Assembly: GCA_964016885.1 (NCBI GenBank)
Contig: OZ024753.1
Location: 32,984,001 to 33,048,000, forward strand
Length of the DNA: 64,000 nucleotides
Direction of reading: 5' to 3'
Source: Eledone cirrhosa
Lineage: Eukaryota
Made by a program: the position numbers and the translations under genes. The notes beneath the pieces are model-generated. The model saw nothing but the letters and a program-made list of their open reading frames with translations, had not been told where the DNA came from and did no database searches. Below are positions 42,790-57,353 of this stretch, piece by piece (the first letter of the stretch is position 1; each line of letters begins with the position of its first letter).

Positions 42790-43330
42790 CGGTGGTGGTG
42801 GTGGTGGTGGTGGCGGTGGTGGTGATGGAGAAGATTCGTGGTGGTGATGATGATGGCGGTGATGGTGTGGGTGGTGTTAGTGATGATGGTGGTAGGAGAG
42901 ATGACGATGGTGGAGAAACAAAAGTGTGAGGAGAATGACAATAATAAAATGGTGGTGATGGTGGTGGTAGTGGTGGTGGTGGTGGTGGTGGTGGAGAAGA
43001 TTCGTGGTGGTGATGATGATGGCTGTGATGGTGTGGGTGGTGTTAGTGATGATGGTGGTAGGAGAGATGACGATGGTGGAGAAACAAAAGTGTGAGGAGA
43101 ATGAAAATAATAAAATGGTGGTGATGGTGGTGGTGGTAGTAATGATAGCTGTGAGAGATGATGATGATGGAGAGCAGGAGGAGGAGGAGAAGAATGATGA
43201 CGATGATGACAAGGTGGAAGCTGAAGATGATGCTGAAGATGATGATGATGAAGATGATGATGATGATGGTAGTGGGTGGTGACGATGAAAATGACAGCGA
43301 TGACAATGGTGATGATGATAGTAGTGATTG
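42790..43330. repeat. (GGT)/(GAT) trinucleotide region with a 166-bp tandem duplication
   Basis: aagattcgtggtggtgatgatgatggc...gaaacaaaagtgtgaggagaatga occurs at 42831 and 42997. Confidence 0.9.
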
Positions 43331-46300
43331 CGATCGTTATGAAGATGTTACTAGGAAAGTATTTATTACTGTTGTTGGCAAGTTAAGTTGATATAGCAAC
43401 TATATACGCACGAAAACACACACACACACACACACACACACGCGCAAATATATGTGCGTGTTTATATTTGTGTATATACAAATATACATACGTATGTGTT
43501 TGGGGTCTACACATATATACATTCCTATGCACGAGTCGTTATTCTTGCTTAGAAATCGGAGTTTTCCTCATAGATGATAACTTATACAAATAAACCCAAA
43601 CAGGTATACGCACATTATATATATGTAGAGAGAGGGAGGGATGGATGGATGGATAGATAAACATATATATATATACATACACATATATAAACATATATAC
43701 ATTTATATATACATACATACATATAAATATATATATATATATACGTACACATATAAACATATATATATATATGTATACACATATAAACATATATATACAT
43801 ATAAACATATATATACATATACATATAAACATATATATACATATACATATAAACATATATATACATACATATATATAAACATATATATAAACATATATAT
43901 ATATATGAACATATATATATATATATATAAACATATATATATATATATAAATAAACATATATATATATATATAAATATACATATATATATAACATACATA
44001 TATAAATATACATATATATAAATATATATATATGAACATATATGTAAATATATATATATAACATACATATATAAATATACATATATATATAACATACATA
44101 TAAAGTAGACCTTTTGCTAACGAACAACAGTCACATCATGGTAAAGAATTTATGTTTTCGATAAATTTGGTAACGAATACAAACACTAAGGAAACAACGC
44201 GTTATTACAGTTCAGTGATCTTCCACGCACCAGCACCTCAGCCTCACCCATTTGTTTCCTCACGTCTTTCCAGATAATACATATTCTAAAATGAAATTTT
44301 ACTGAAATATATTTTAGATGATGAACATTACTATTATGTTCATGATATTAATAAAAATAAATATTAATTTAGTTCCATTTTTTAATGCTTTCATTTAATG
44401 ACTACTTTCCACTGACGTTAGTAATTTTGGCTAAACATAAATATGGAATATTTTCATCATGCTTTCAATTTCCGTATTGATAATGATCAATATCAATCTA
44501 GATAATGTCATAGATATTCTACAGACATGCAATAACATTTCTGCAACTAGGAATTGTGAAAAAATATATATTTCATCAACATAATCGTAATCTAAACCTA
44601 CAAAAATGTATCTGTAAAATTTCAAAAAAATATGCTTTATAAAGATGAAGAAACAAATTCGAGAGAACACTAAAGAGTAGTTTTGCCGGTAACAACAAGT
44701 CACTTGGTCTTGCTCAGGGTAAGTCTGTGTGAGTGTGTATAAGTGTTGAGTTATTTTTATTTGTTCATACCCGTGTTAATATGTCTATCGTATCAGACAA
44801 AGCGGCAGTAAACAACGATAAATTGAAGGCGATTTTTTTCTTTATTCTTGCAGTATAAAAACTTATTGAATAATTATTACATTGTTCTACATGTATGAAC
44901 GAATCATTTATTGATAATTTTTGTTTTACTAATGTTTAAAGAGACCCCATTTCTATGATTACGTTCAATATTGATTGAGTGTTTGGAACGAATTGCCACA
45001 AAATACATGTATTTTAATTGATGTAGTAACGGTTGAAAGGCTAGAACTAAATAGGTCTGTTAGTAAAGGGTTCATGGATGTATAAGTTTCTCAAATCCTG
45101 CATAGATTAACTGATGGAATTCTTAAACATCTATGATTGTTATCAGCCTGTTTGCTCTATATAGGTGGCGCTTTTCCATCAACTAATCAATATAGATGTG
45201 TTCTAAAACGTCTTATCCACGCACGTGGCATTGTTATATGTGAACAGTTCTAAAGGAGGCAATATCGAAAGATTTGGTTGGCTTCAGTGCCTCAGGTATC
45301 ATATTAATCACGTATAGTGGGGAAATTCGATTAATATATACTTTTACATTTTAATGACAAACCAGGCAAATCATATTTGTTATAGAAATGATGATTTGCC
45401 CGCCTGGAAATAGTTTCATAAATTTTAACATCCTGTATCGCATAAAACAGCTTTAGACAATACTGAAAATCACAAAACGCAAATATGAAATCATTTCATT
45501 AAAAAGTGATATTTTTCCTCTCATATTAAAAATCTTCACAATAATCTATGCAATAGTAAACATACCATAAGCATTTGAATTAACAAACGCATCTTTATAT
45601 ATTTTCGGTTAAATCATTACCGTATTATAAGAGTTAATCATTGATCCTCGAGAATCTCAGAGAAGCAACACAAAGTAACATCACCATATCAACTCTAAAA
45701 GTAATAAATTCACTCTACTACTTCTCTACGATGCTGGTTGTTAAATCAAATGGAAATATAGTCATTTACACTTCATGCTGAATGTAGCCTTCATACGTTT
45801 TCGCCTATCTACACATACCCACATTCTCTCTCTCTCTCGCCCTCCCTGTGTGTTTTCTTAGCGCCAAGGAACCTCTTTAACTGTCCACATAGACACTCCT
45901 TATAAACCCGATATCAATTAGGGCTTAAGAAAATTGGATAGCTCATTCGCATGATTATAACAAATACTTGGCAGCTAGTTTGATTTATATAATTGAAAGG
46001 TGTGCTGACAGTGTTCTCATATTAATGTATGTAGAAAATATATTCATTGACATATATACTCATGGTTGAGAGTAGTGCTGCTGAATCCACAGCTAAATTG
46101 TTCAAACAGATGTGTTTACATATGTTTATGCATAACGTGCTGGCTGGAAATCTATTGATATACTTGAAGCAATGCGATAACACACCAGAGAAAAATATAT
46201 ATGCAGCATCATGTATATGTGGTAAAAAAATAACAGCATATATATATATATATTTATATATATATATAGTGCGGTTTGAACATGCACTTGTAGGTCTTTA

Positions 46301-46448
46301 AACAATTTCTTTTTAATTAAGAATTAAAAATTAAAATGCTTTATGCCCGGCAAGTACATCAAACCTTCCTTTGTGTTTCTATTTGTGTCGAAAGAAACCA
46401 ATTCTTCGAAATCAACCCCAACCCCTATCTCTCTCTGTCAACATTTTA

Positions 46449-46481
<33 letters not shown>

Positions 46482-46880
46482 TGTATGTGTGTGTGCGTGT
46501 GTATATATAATATATATTTATATATATATATGAGTGTATATATATATATATATATATATATCACTCACGCACACAATCACTCGCATATAGCTATACAGCC
46601 GTATATGCCTGTAGATAAGATCCGTGTTTATATATAGTATAGCGCGTGTGGAAGCATACTTAAAGTTCCTTAATACTTATGCGGTGGAGATGAAAGCAAA
46701 GGGCGAATACAGAAGAAATGTGACATCAACCTGTGAGAGAGAAGGAACGGAAGCCTAAGTGAAGCATATATTGATGTAGACAACGATTTAGATAAAGTGT
46801 AAAAAATGTTTATAAAACAAAGAAGAACGTGAAATTCGCAGTTTGTTTTATTGAGTAAACGAGGTATATGAGTGTGTGTA

Positions 46881-46916
<36 letters not shown>

Positions 46917-47036
46917 CAACCTTGATTATATATGTTCTGGCTCGTTAATTTATTAGCCTGCCATTGAACCACATTGGCATATGGTTGGACAATACATGTG
47001 TCCCTTAGCGCCTTGTGCGTGTAGGAACACATATCC

Positions 47037-47122
<86 letters not shown>

Positions 47123-47559
47123 ACGTGTTTGTGTGTGTGTGTGTGTGTGTGTGTTCACGAGTGTCTGTGTACATATATTATGATTAGGACGCGCAAATCT
47201 TTACAGTTGGATAGCATTATCTCAATCAGTAAAAAGACAGCCAGTTCATCAGATGTCAATGTTTTTAATACCTGAAGAAGCTTTAGAGGAGAAGAATTAA
47301 ACGAAAATTTGTCGTTTTTCAGTGAATGGGATGTGGTAACTCTTGATGAATTAAAGACCCTTGAAAGTAGGTAGGCCTGTCAAAGAAAATGTTCTTTTCG
47401 TATAACATTACCAAAGACCATTTTATTCTACACTCTACCCATGCAATATGGATTTCCAAAAGATTAAAAGATTACAATGGATACTATGACTCGACTGATA
47501 CTGGATCAGTAGACCACAATTGTTTATTATTTCTAAAATAGGTACATGACCAGAAAGAC

Positions 47560-48060
47560 ACAGTGAATGTTATAGGTGTTGGGAATTGTTAATTTAGTCT
47601 CGGGTATTAATTGAGTTTAAGGTATTCCAGTGAAATTTCTTGTAGGTTCTTGCAAGAAAGGTGGAAGCGTTCAGTGGTACATAATACTGGGCATTTAATA
47701 TAGATTACTGGTTTTATTTAGACTTTATAAAATTGTAATCTTTTTTATGTTGTCTCTATTTTTTAGTTAAATTCAGACTAGACGGGAAGTTGTTATTCAC
47801 TTTTATAAATTTGATATTATTGATTAATGCTAAAAGATCATTTTCAAAAGCTAAGAGTAGTTTATTTTTAGGTGGGCATTTTTGGCATTTAAATCCGTAT
47901 TTAAAATTGCTGTTCAGATTTACCATTGATTTTCAAAGAAAGAAAACGCACGCCACCTAATCCTTTAATTATTTTTTTCAGAGTTTTATAAAGAATAAAC
48001 ATTTAAATCAGATTGAAATGGTTGACGTAAAGACACTCGTTATATGCAGAGTATTTTAGG
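47560..48060 (-). pseudogene. Decayed N-terminal region of a second Penelope-like (Naiad-like) ORF
   Basis: The minus strand gives RIRWRAFSF (47941-47963), YGFKCQKCPPKNKLLLAFENDLLALINNIKFIKVNNNF (from 47899), NKTSNLY, TYKK and SINT. This matches the RMRWKA / YGFK..PP....FE.DL / DKTxNxY pattern that precedes the RT in this clade. Confidence 0.75.
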
Positions 48061-48326
48061 CGTACTTAGTAACAATTGACACAAATACACATTGTTTAAC
48101 TAGAAGTTTCTTTACAAAACTGAAGATGTAAATATGATAGCCGTTGACTCTCCTTAATTTTCTCCGCCCTTTTACGGGTTTTGTTTATGATCCCGCAGGG
48201 TGAACAAAATCCTCCTCCTCACTAAGCAAGCTTAGTGGGGCTGCTAGTTTAGACGCCAACGACCTGAACATGCACAGGTTATACTGGGTTACATGTTACC
48301 AGTAGCGCTGAAGAGCGACCTGATAG

Positions 48327-48365
<39 letters not shown>

Positions 48366-49118
48366 GATAGATAGATAGATAGATATACAAACAGACACAC
48401 ATTTACTAATAGGCATTTCTATATCATTATGTATGTATATATTTGTATAAATTCTACTAAAATTGTTATTCTGTAGCTTTGTAGGTTCTAAGCATCATAC
48501 CAACAACTAAACTAAGCAAATACACTTATCAGAAACTGTTTTATAATTACCTAATAACTATCACCCTTACGTCCCGGAGGAAATCGTGACACATATAACA
48601 TCGCTAAAGTTGTGGGGTTTATGTTCGTAATAAAAGTAAATATAGCCTGCACTCTAACTGGTTTTCTTAATCTTTGGATTAAGAGTATCACATAGATTGT
48701 AGGTTGTGTGTGGAGGCATAGAGAGAAAGTATAAGGTGTATGTAAACATAAAGAGAGTTCATTAAGTTTGATAAGGTAACCATAAGAACTAAAATCGTGG
48801 AAAAACGGAAATCAAGACCAGCCATTGAGAGAGAGAGTGAGAAAGAGAGAGTGTGGGGAGAGAGGGGGGGGTGAAAGAAAAACAGAGAAAAATAGAAAGG
48901 AAGAGAAGGGAGAAGGAAGAAATATAAACTGAGTGACTAAAAAATGGATTGGTAAATTTAGAGATATAAGTTATAAATGATGTGATATTTATTGAATATA
49001 AACATGAAAGTGGTTGAAAGACAGATGAATGGGATGTGTGTGTGAGCGCGCGCGAAAGATAAAGGAAATTTTTAAATCACCTAGCTGAGAGAAATGTTGT
49101 ATGTGCATATGTGTGAGA

Positions 49119-49152
<34 letters not shown>

Positions 49153-52100
49153 GAAAACAGGGAGAAAAAGACGATTATTAGGAAGAAAAATTTTTTTTTT
49201 TCCCTTATATATACTAATATATTTTTTTCCCTTATATATACTAATTTGTCTTTCCTTATATATATATATATATAAGGAAAGACAAATTAGTATAATTGTT
49301 CCGAGTCTCAACTTTCTGATTGTTGGTCCTTCTGATACCTATTCGGGATATACAACGCCACTATGGTCGATGAAAACACTTTGATTTTACTCTTTACATG
49401 TCGTTTCGTGACCTAGGCGATCTTGGATGCTTCCACTGTTCAACTGAGCCTTGGTCTCTAGCTCGTTCTCACTCAGACACGTCATATTTCTAGTTAACAA
49501 GGTATTCATGAAATCAGGATATTTGGTGACAGTATCTAGCAGCTAGCATGCACATCCACAAGGGAAATTTTTTTTGTTCATCATAAAGCAGCTAAGGCAC
49601 ACATTTAGCTGCCATAGAAACAAAGACGCGGTCTTTCATCATCATTTCGCTGCAGTAATCCCTCGTTCCAGCTGTCACATTCTGGATATTTCGCTGGATT
49701 CAAGGAGCATCTAAAGCCATTACCGAAAACGTGTGACATTTTACCAATGCATAGGCAATGCCAGTGACGTCAGTAGTGTGTGTGTAAGGGTGAAGAGGGA
49801 AAGAGACAGACAGTGACGGTGTGGTTTTGTGAAAATGCGTAAAAGAAATAGATATTGCTAAAAGATAAATGTGATTAATAGATAGAGAGCAAGTGATGGC
49901 TAGTGAGTGTGTGTGTATAAATTTGTAGTAGATTGCACACAGAGAGTGGGAAATCAAGATAGCGAAATGAATAATTAGAATGAGAAATGATATTAAGTAT
50001 TCAATATGTATATGAAATAATTCAAGTATTTGAAATTATAGAAATTTTAGAATAAATGTTATTCTATATAGAATATATTATGAAATGCATCACACCGGCC
50101 TTCCATACTGTATAATGTGCTTCTGATAAGAATTGGGTTTTTTACATTTTCACATGCGATTAACTTTTCATGTTTCACTTCTTTAACTAAGTTCATTTAA
50201 ACTGAAACATAAAAAGTATTTAAAAGTTCCAACAATGCATAATTTAGCTATACAATACTCGAAAGATTGGGTAAAATACCAGATTCATTCGACTATTTTA
50301 TAGATAAAATATGCATTATAGCAGCTTTAATAAGAAAACATTTAAAATTTTGAAACTCACCCATTATCTTCATAAACCTATCGGCTTCTATAAAAAATAA
50401 CTTTTTGCTGAGTCTCATTTAACTTTCGTAATGTTTATTATACACATACAGAACAGCTAAAATAGAATTTCCATGGTCAGTACCCCTCAAAAGATTATAT
50501 ATTTCATATACGATTATTAGTTAACTATAAGCGCACTGTCAACAGATTATGATTAGCTGTTACGTATCAGTTTCTGGTTAATGGCTTTTTAGGTGTCCAT
50601 GCATTCGCTATTAGACACAGACACCCTCGCGATTCGCTCACACTTGATCCAGTGGAGCATAAAGAATGAGACAGCTGGAAGAATAGAGGACTGCGCGAGC
50701 ATTCGGCTGGTACTTTATTTATTGTCCCCGATAGGATGAATCGCAAAGTGAACCCGATGGGATTTGACTGCGAAATCTACCATCATATAAGAAATATGAT
50801 TTAATGCTTCCTTAAATGAACAAAGAATTTTGAATTGTATCAGTGCCAGTTTATTTGACTATTTCTATACTGAAGTATTTTGTACCTGAAGCACTCAATT
50901 TTTATAAGAGTGACGACTCAAATACTCCACTTGTACTGTTTTGTATTTCATTAATTTGAAATTTAATCTAGCCTAGGTAAATATTATACTTACTTGGCTG
51001 TGCAATCTTAGATAAACTAAATAACTCTCATTAGAAGTCAGGCCTTTAGCCTGTTTGTACAGTATGGTCTTACCAAACTACACTTTAGCTTCATCTAATG
51101 GACAGTTTACAATAACTGAATAATGCCGTCATGTATCCACAAGACTTTAACCTATCACATCATATATATGATATTTTAATCAACTGAAAAACTATTGTGT
51201 GTACTCCACTTGTGCTATTGGGAAACGCGTGGATGCCACATATGATGGTGGTTTTTCTAATATAAATTTTGAGATTTTTCTTTAAAAATGTCATCGATGT
51301 TTGATGAGATAGCACAGACGGTAGATGATCAAATTTCATTGAGTATTTATTTAGGCAACACTGTTTTGATTTCAACGTCTGGCTAATAATCGTTGAATAC
51401 TTTTCTGGTTGGTTTCAACATAACTAGTGTAGAGTAATGATACTGATTTCGAGAAAGGAACTAGCACCGTACATAAGCAAAACAACATTACCCAAATCTA
51501 AAGGCGTCGACTTCGTCATATGACCTGTCAGATATAGCAGCTTAATATATATCCATATTCATGTATCCTCTTCAAATCAAGTCTACCATATTTCAACACA
51601 TTAAATCAACATAGCATAATATTGTCCTGCATATAGCACCCCTTTTGAAGGTCAATAGTGGTAGGCTGTTGATCAGAGATATGTTCGACAAAGGGCTGAC
51701 TCGGTGCTAATTAATAACAACAATGACACCAATAACAAAGACAATAATAACAATAAAAGTAGCAAAATCAACTACAGCCAGATAGCATTCTAAAGCTCCA
51801 TTGCCCCAATAAGCAATCAGCTTAATCTTTTGGGGTGGCATTTTTTTTATATTGAATCTTTTAAATTATAGCAAATATATCCATATTAATGTATTTTATC
51901 TTCAATCTGCCCAGAATTTATTTTCAATAACCAACATTGATTTTATTATCAACGCCATATTTCTATTATTAACAGCATTTTAGATTCAGTCATTTGATCT
52001 CATTTACACATATATAAGAGGGGGGGGGGCTAGTTCTCTCTTCCTCTCTCTCCCCATCACTTCATACTACTTTATTTATCGACGTCTTTATGTATTTACA

Positions 52101-52194
52101 TCTAGGTTCTTCTGCGTTTTTATATATACGTGTGTGTGTATGTGCTAGTGTGCGTATGTGTGTGTGCGCGCGTGTGCCCACGTGTGTGTGTGTT

Positions 52195-52456
52195 TGAAGG
52201 CGCATGGCTTAGTTGTTAGAGCGTTGGGCTTGCAATCGTGAAGTTCGATTCTCAGCCCGGGTAATGCGACGTGTCCTTCACACTTTATTTCACGTTGCTC
52301 CAGTATACCCAGCTGTGCCAAGATGTATCGGGCATTGCCTTTCTGTAGAACAACATCCGTGGAGAGGGGTGATTGGTATGCATGGGCGACCTTGGAACTA
52401 TCTAGGTGCAAATCACATGGTTATTCGTGACCGAAGCGGGTTTTTACCCCTTACCC
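52195..52456 (+). mobile_element. SINE family B copy
   Basis: Has the A box ggcgcatggcttagttgttag, the B box aagttcgattc and the core cactttatttcacgttgctccagt. Confidence 0.8.
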
Positions 52457-52519
52457 TATAGACAGATGTGAACAACACATTTAAACATGCAGAAACAATT
52501 ATATATATATATATATATA

Positions 52520-52715
52520 GTGATAAAAAAACGAGAGATTACATCCGAAGTTGGTAGAGCACTCAATCCAAAGGACAAGTTCGGTATAGAGTTAATTCCA
52601 CAAGAAATTAGCAAACCACAGTCGAGAACAATTGTTTCAATCAAGGGATTCTTCACCTTGTACATGGTTAAACGCATGTTCTCGACTATTGTTTGCTAAT
52701 TTGTTGTGGAACTAA

Positions 52716-52717
<2 letters not shown>
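52520..52717 (-). mobile_element. Fold-back element with degenerate HHR, inserted in (TA)n
   Basis: The inverted arms are 52591-52630 and 52677-52716. The minus strand reads caag gTGAAGA atcccttgatt GAAA caattg TT ctcg, and the tail carries TTGAGTGCT. Confidence 0.75.
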
Positions 52718-52769
<52 letters not shown>

Positions 52770-52787
52770 ATATATATATATATATAC

Positions 52788-52838
<51 letters not shown>

Positions 52839-52869
52839 CATATATATATACATATATATATATATATAC

Positions 52870-52902
<33 letters not shown>

Positions 52903-52903
52903 C

Positions 52904-52936
<33 letters not shown>

Positions 52937-53373
52937 AAATCGAAGCACATAAAACTAGGCAGCAGAGTTTTAATTCAGTGATGCGGCACATCGTTTCATC
53001 AATATATCAAAGATAATCAGACTGGAAGGAATAGGCCTGAAATATACCACCCCCAGATTTGATAAGACACAAATTCCTATACACCCATATATATGTATGT
53101 GTGCGTGTAGAGGGATGCAGGGGCGGGGCAAGAAGAAGAAGAACTTGATGAATCCGACAAGATTTGAACTCAGAACGAAGAAAGTTGAAGTGAAAGTAGC
53201 CAGGTATTGTGCAAATCCACGACTTCAATACTAATTATATATTACATTTATGAATATAACAACACTTCGCTTCGAATTCTGCAAGTGCAAATTCACGCAT
53301 ACAACACTTTAACACCTACCATGATTACCCCTAATACTACTATTGTTGTTGTTGCTGTTACTACTACTACTAT

Positions 53374-53417
<44 letters not shown>

Positions 53418-53924
53418 AATCGATACTGTCAGGAAGACTGCCAAATCTGCAGTGAAATTGTAATGATGCAATTTAACCTGCCATCTGGGTATTGACCAGA
53501 GAACACCAGCAATGTTTCACGTCTGATTCTGTCTAGGTATCTATTCATGACAGTAGTAGTAATGATCGTTGGAGAAAGATATCAATCTAAACGAAGGAGA
53601 AGCAATAGCATAATAGATCATAGTCACGGTCATGGCCAAATTCAACGTCATATAGTTTGGATGTCATTTGTCTGCAGCAAGAAGCTTTCTCCTCTCATGC
53701 ATGCTGCATAACACGAACGTCTAATGCCAACGACGGAGCGTCTTTGTCCTCGCTCGATCTGTTAAACACAGCAGTTAGAAACTATCCAATTACATTTCTA
53801 AAAAAAAGAGAAGTAATTCGTTAGATTATGTATATTAAGGTTGCTCTAAAAGACGGGATAGTCAGACCCGTGACGCTTTTTGTCGTAGGTTTGCTCAATA
53901 AACATTTTATTTTTATCAATGAAA

Positions 53925-54345
53925 GATATTATGATCTATAAGGACAAATATATAGAGCTGTGAGGACCGCCAAGCGATCTTGATCTATAAGAACATATTT
54001 CATCGACAAAAAACATATGTTTATCTATAAGAAGAGATAGGTCGCTCTATGAAAACGCATATTTGATCTATCAGAACATATCGTTGCTCAATAAAACAGC
54101 TATTTGATCTATGAGAACATATATTTTGAGCTATAGAAATATATCTTTACAGATAAATATATTGATTCACAAAAACTGATATATGGATATATAAGAACAT
54201 ATAACTTGATTGATGTATGAGAGGAGTTATCTTGATCTGTGAGAAGACATGTCGTGAGCTAAAAGAACATATATCTTGATTAATAAGAACATATATCAAG
54301 ATATAACATATAGCAAGATATAATATATAGCAAGATATAACAATT
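53925..54345. repeat. Degenerate ~20-bp minisatellite (ttgatctataagaacatata-like)
   Basis: gatctat..gaacata recurs at ~53933, 53982, 54065, 54105 and 54233 with intervening diverged units. Confidence 0.7.
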
Positions 54346-54896
54346 ATTAATACATTTATCACCATGTCAAATTAATCGTCACCCTTACGAGATCAAATTA
54401 AAATCGAAATATACGTATATGTGTTTATACATTTTTCTTTTTCTATTATATCCATTACTACAATATCTCTCTCTATATATATATGAGACAGATTAAACAG
54501 GACTCCACTATTGGCTTCTAATTATTGTTATTATTAATGCAACGAAACTCGTAAATATGAACAATCTATCAACAGCAGCAATAACAATGCGTAATGCCAG
54601 TAAAACAATTGTATGGAAAGAAATTGTGCGAGAAAATCTTGACAAATTAATTGCTAGAGGTTGAAACTGGAATATCTTCACCTATGAGAGCAAGCGAGTT
54701 AGGTTTCTCAAGACTTTCGTAAATTGTTATATTCAATATCGCACATACGGAATGGAATTAAGATCGTTACACTTCTATATGATTGGAACTTTACCTTAAG
54801 TATATTCAGTACTAGGAAATGAATACGAAATATATCAAATACTATTAAACAATGAATTTAATAATAATTATTATTATTTCGCAAAACCCACACACG

Positions 54897-54947
<51 letters not shown>

Positions 54948-57036
54948 TGTTTTCGTCCTGTACTGTTAATGTTTTTCCTTGGTGTAAACCCCTTGTGGTT
55001 AATAAAGAAATCATCATTAGTATATATTGTTGTTGTTGCTAAGAAATAAATATAAATTCATCTGTTCTCCTCAGAAATATAAAATGGGTCATCAAAGGGT
55101 TTGTTAATATGTAACGATGGTTGTGAACGCAATAGGCTGAAAATACACTTGAAGGGAAGCGGTACATCACTGCACATGATACATTCTCTTCAGAAAAACT
55201 AAACATATTCCATGCTCACGGACGTTACATTATATAACATGAAAAACTGACGTTTAATTAAAATGGTATCTATATATTAAGGGCAAATGAGATCGTTTTA
55301 CCATAAGTGAATTCGTCAGCTGAATTGATTATCTCACGCCAACAAATCCTACTGTTTAAAATGTATTTGTCTTAGTGGTCCCTAAAGATATAATACACTT
55401 TCAGTGGAGGACTGTTTAGTCTTTCGGCATATTGTTGTTTTGAAACTTATACACCATTGCTCACTTAACGATTAGCAACGCCTGAAATAATTTTACAAAT
55501 TATTCCACATCGGTTAATGTTTACATCAATTTGCGAAATTCTATAAACGACGTTCATACATATACTACAATTATTTATTTTGTTTTAATTGAAACATGTT
55601 TTAACAAAATGTTTTTGACTAATATTTGATTTAATAGTATTAATTGATTTAATAATATTGAATATTTTGAAGTAATTATTTTAATATCGTTTTCCACAAA
55701 GATAAAATTACCATCGTTAAATTACGGGATACATTGTATGTAATTATGTAATCAATATTACTGATTGTAGCTCGACGAACATAAAAGATAGAAGCTTAAA
55801 TATATTCTGAATTATGATCAAATATAAATGTATTTAAGTGTTCAGACAGGGTAATGGAGAAATTACATGGCCAACGTATGTACTATAGCGAGTAAGAGAA
55901 AAAGTTGTTAACAGATCGAAAGCAAAAGAGCATTTGAACAAATAATCAATACACACAAATATAATCACACACTTCGAAACACTGAAACACATAAAAGTAA
56001 AAGAAGAAATTGGAAACTATAATGCACAAGTAGAAAAATACTACTGCCCTATCGACAAAATGGTGGCTGTTGATTTACGTACGATTCATCACGAGATTCC
56101 TTATACTTAATGCTATATATTTTATCGATACAGATTAACCCTGTTTTTATTTTTTATCCCCTACACCACATTTATTGCTGTATATTTTCATTATTTCGGT
56201 TACATGATATATTGATCCTTTTGTTTATTTATTCTATTTTATTTTATTTTATTTTATTTTATCTTATATTGCTACCATCATCAAAAGTATTTCTTCGTCT
56301 AAAGTTAGATTAACCACAACGTTTAAGCTAAAATATGACGGAAATGACAGAAAGTGAGTGCATTTAAAAGCATAACATATTTCATAATTTTCGTTTTTTC
56401 CTGAATAATGAACGCATCAGACATAGTACCACCATCAGCATAAATATATTCCGCTATTTGGTTCATATTTTTATTTGAAGTCCCAAATACGTTGCTCTTT
56501 TCTTTCTTTATTTCAGAACCATGTATTGATCTACATAATCTATAGATTTACACACGGATGTAGTGAAACATAAAGTAGTCATCAAGAATATATGTTTCAT
56601 CTCTAAAGAGCTATGATCTTTCATAACTGTGTGCACACATTTATTTGCAAATATAAAAATTATCAAACCACATTTACATATATCATAGTGAAAATGGTGT
56701 GTGGAGCATTTATTATTTAACAAAGCGAATTACATAAGAAATTATACATTGGAGATTAAAGGAGGGAGAAATTACAAAATGCAGATATTTATCGAAGTGT
56801 TTAGCAATATTGATGAGCAGAATGTTTTCATATTGCAGCCGGAAACAACATATCATGCTCGGTCATTGACTTCTGAGTAACTCCAAAAGATACATTAACA
56901 AAGAATGAGTAATAGTAGCATTCTACATGTAAGACATATATATATGTTACACGTGGACATATATGTTCTACCTTGACCACATTCTACTGAATGAAACCAG
57001 TCAAAGAATAGACAAATATGTAACAATTACATATAA

Positions 57037-57082
<46 letters not shown>

Positions 57083-57320
57083 TATAACCCGATTATATAT
57101 ATATATATATACACACACACACATATAGCCTGATTAGTTTCTTCGTTGTTTTTGGTATTATGTGGCTACGTCTGCCTGCCGCAATTTTCAAGCTGTCTAA
57201 ACGTATGTTATTACTCTAAGACCAGACCTTATGGGGTGCTTTGCTGCTCATTCTTAATTGTCGGTCGTTCGCTTGGCCACAGCCAAAGCTTCGATTTTAC
57301 TAAGCTTCCACTTGTGTATG

Positions 57321-57353
<33 letters not shown>

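Noticed and set aside
53925-54345. CRISPR-like repeat-spacer array
   Set aside because: The repeats are degenerate, the spacers resemble the repeat, the context is eukaryotic and there are no cas genes.
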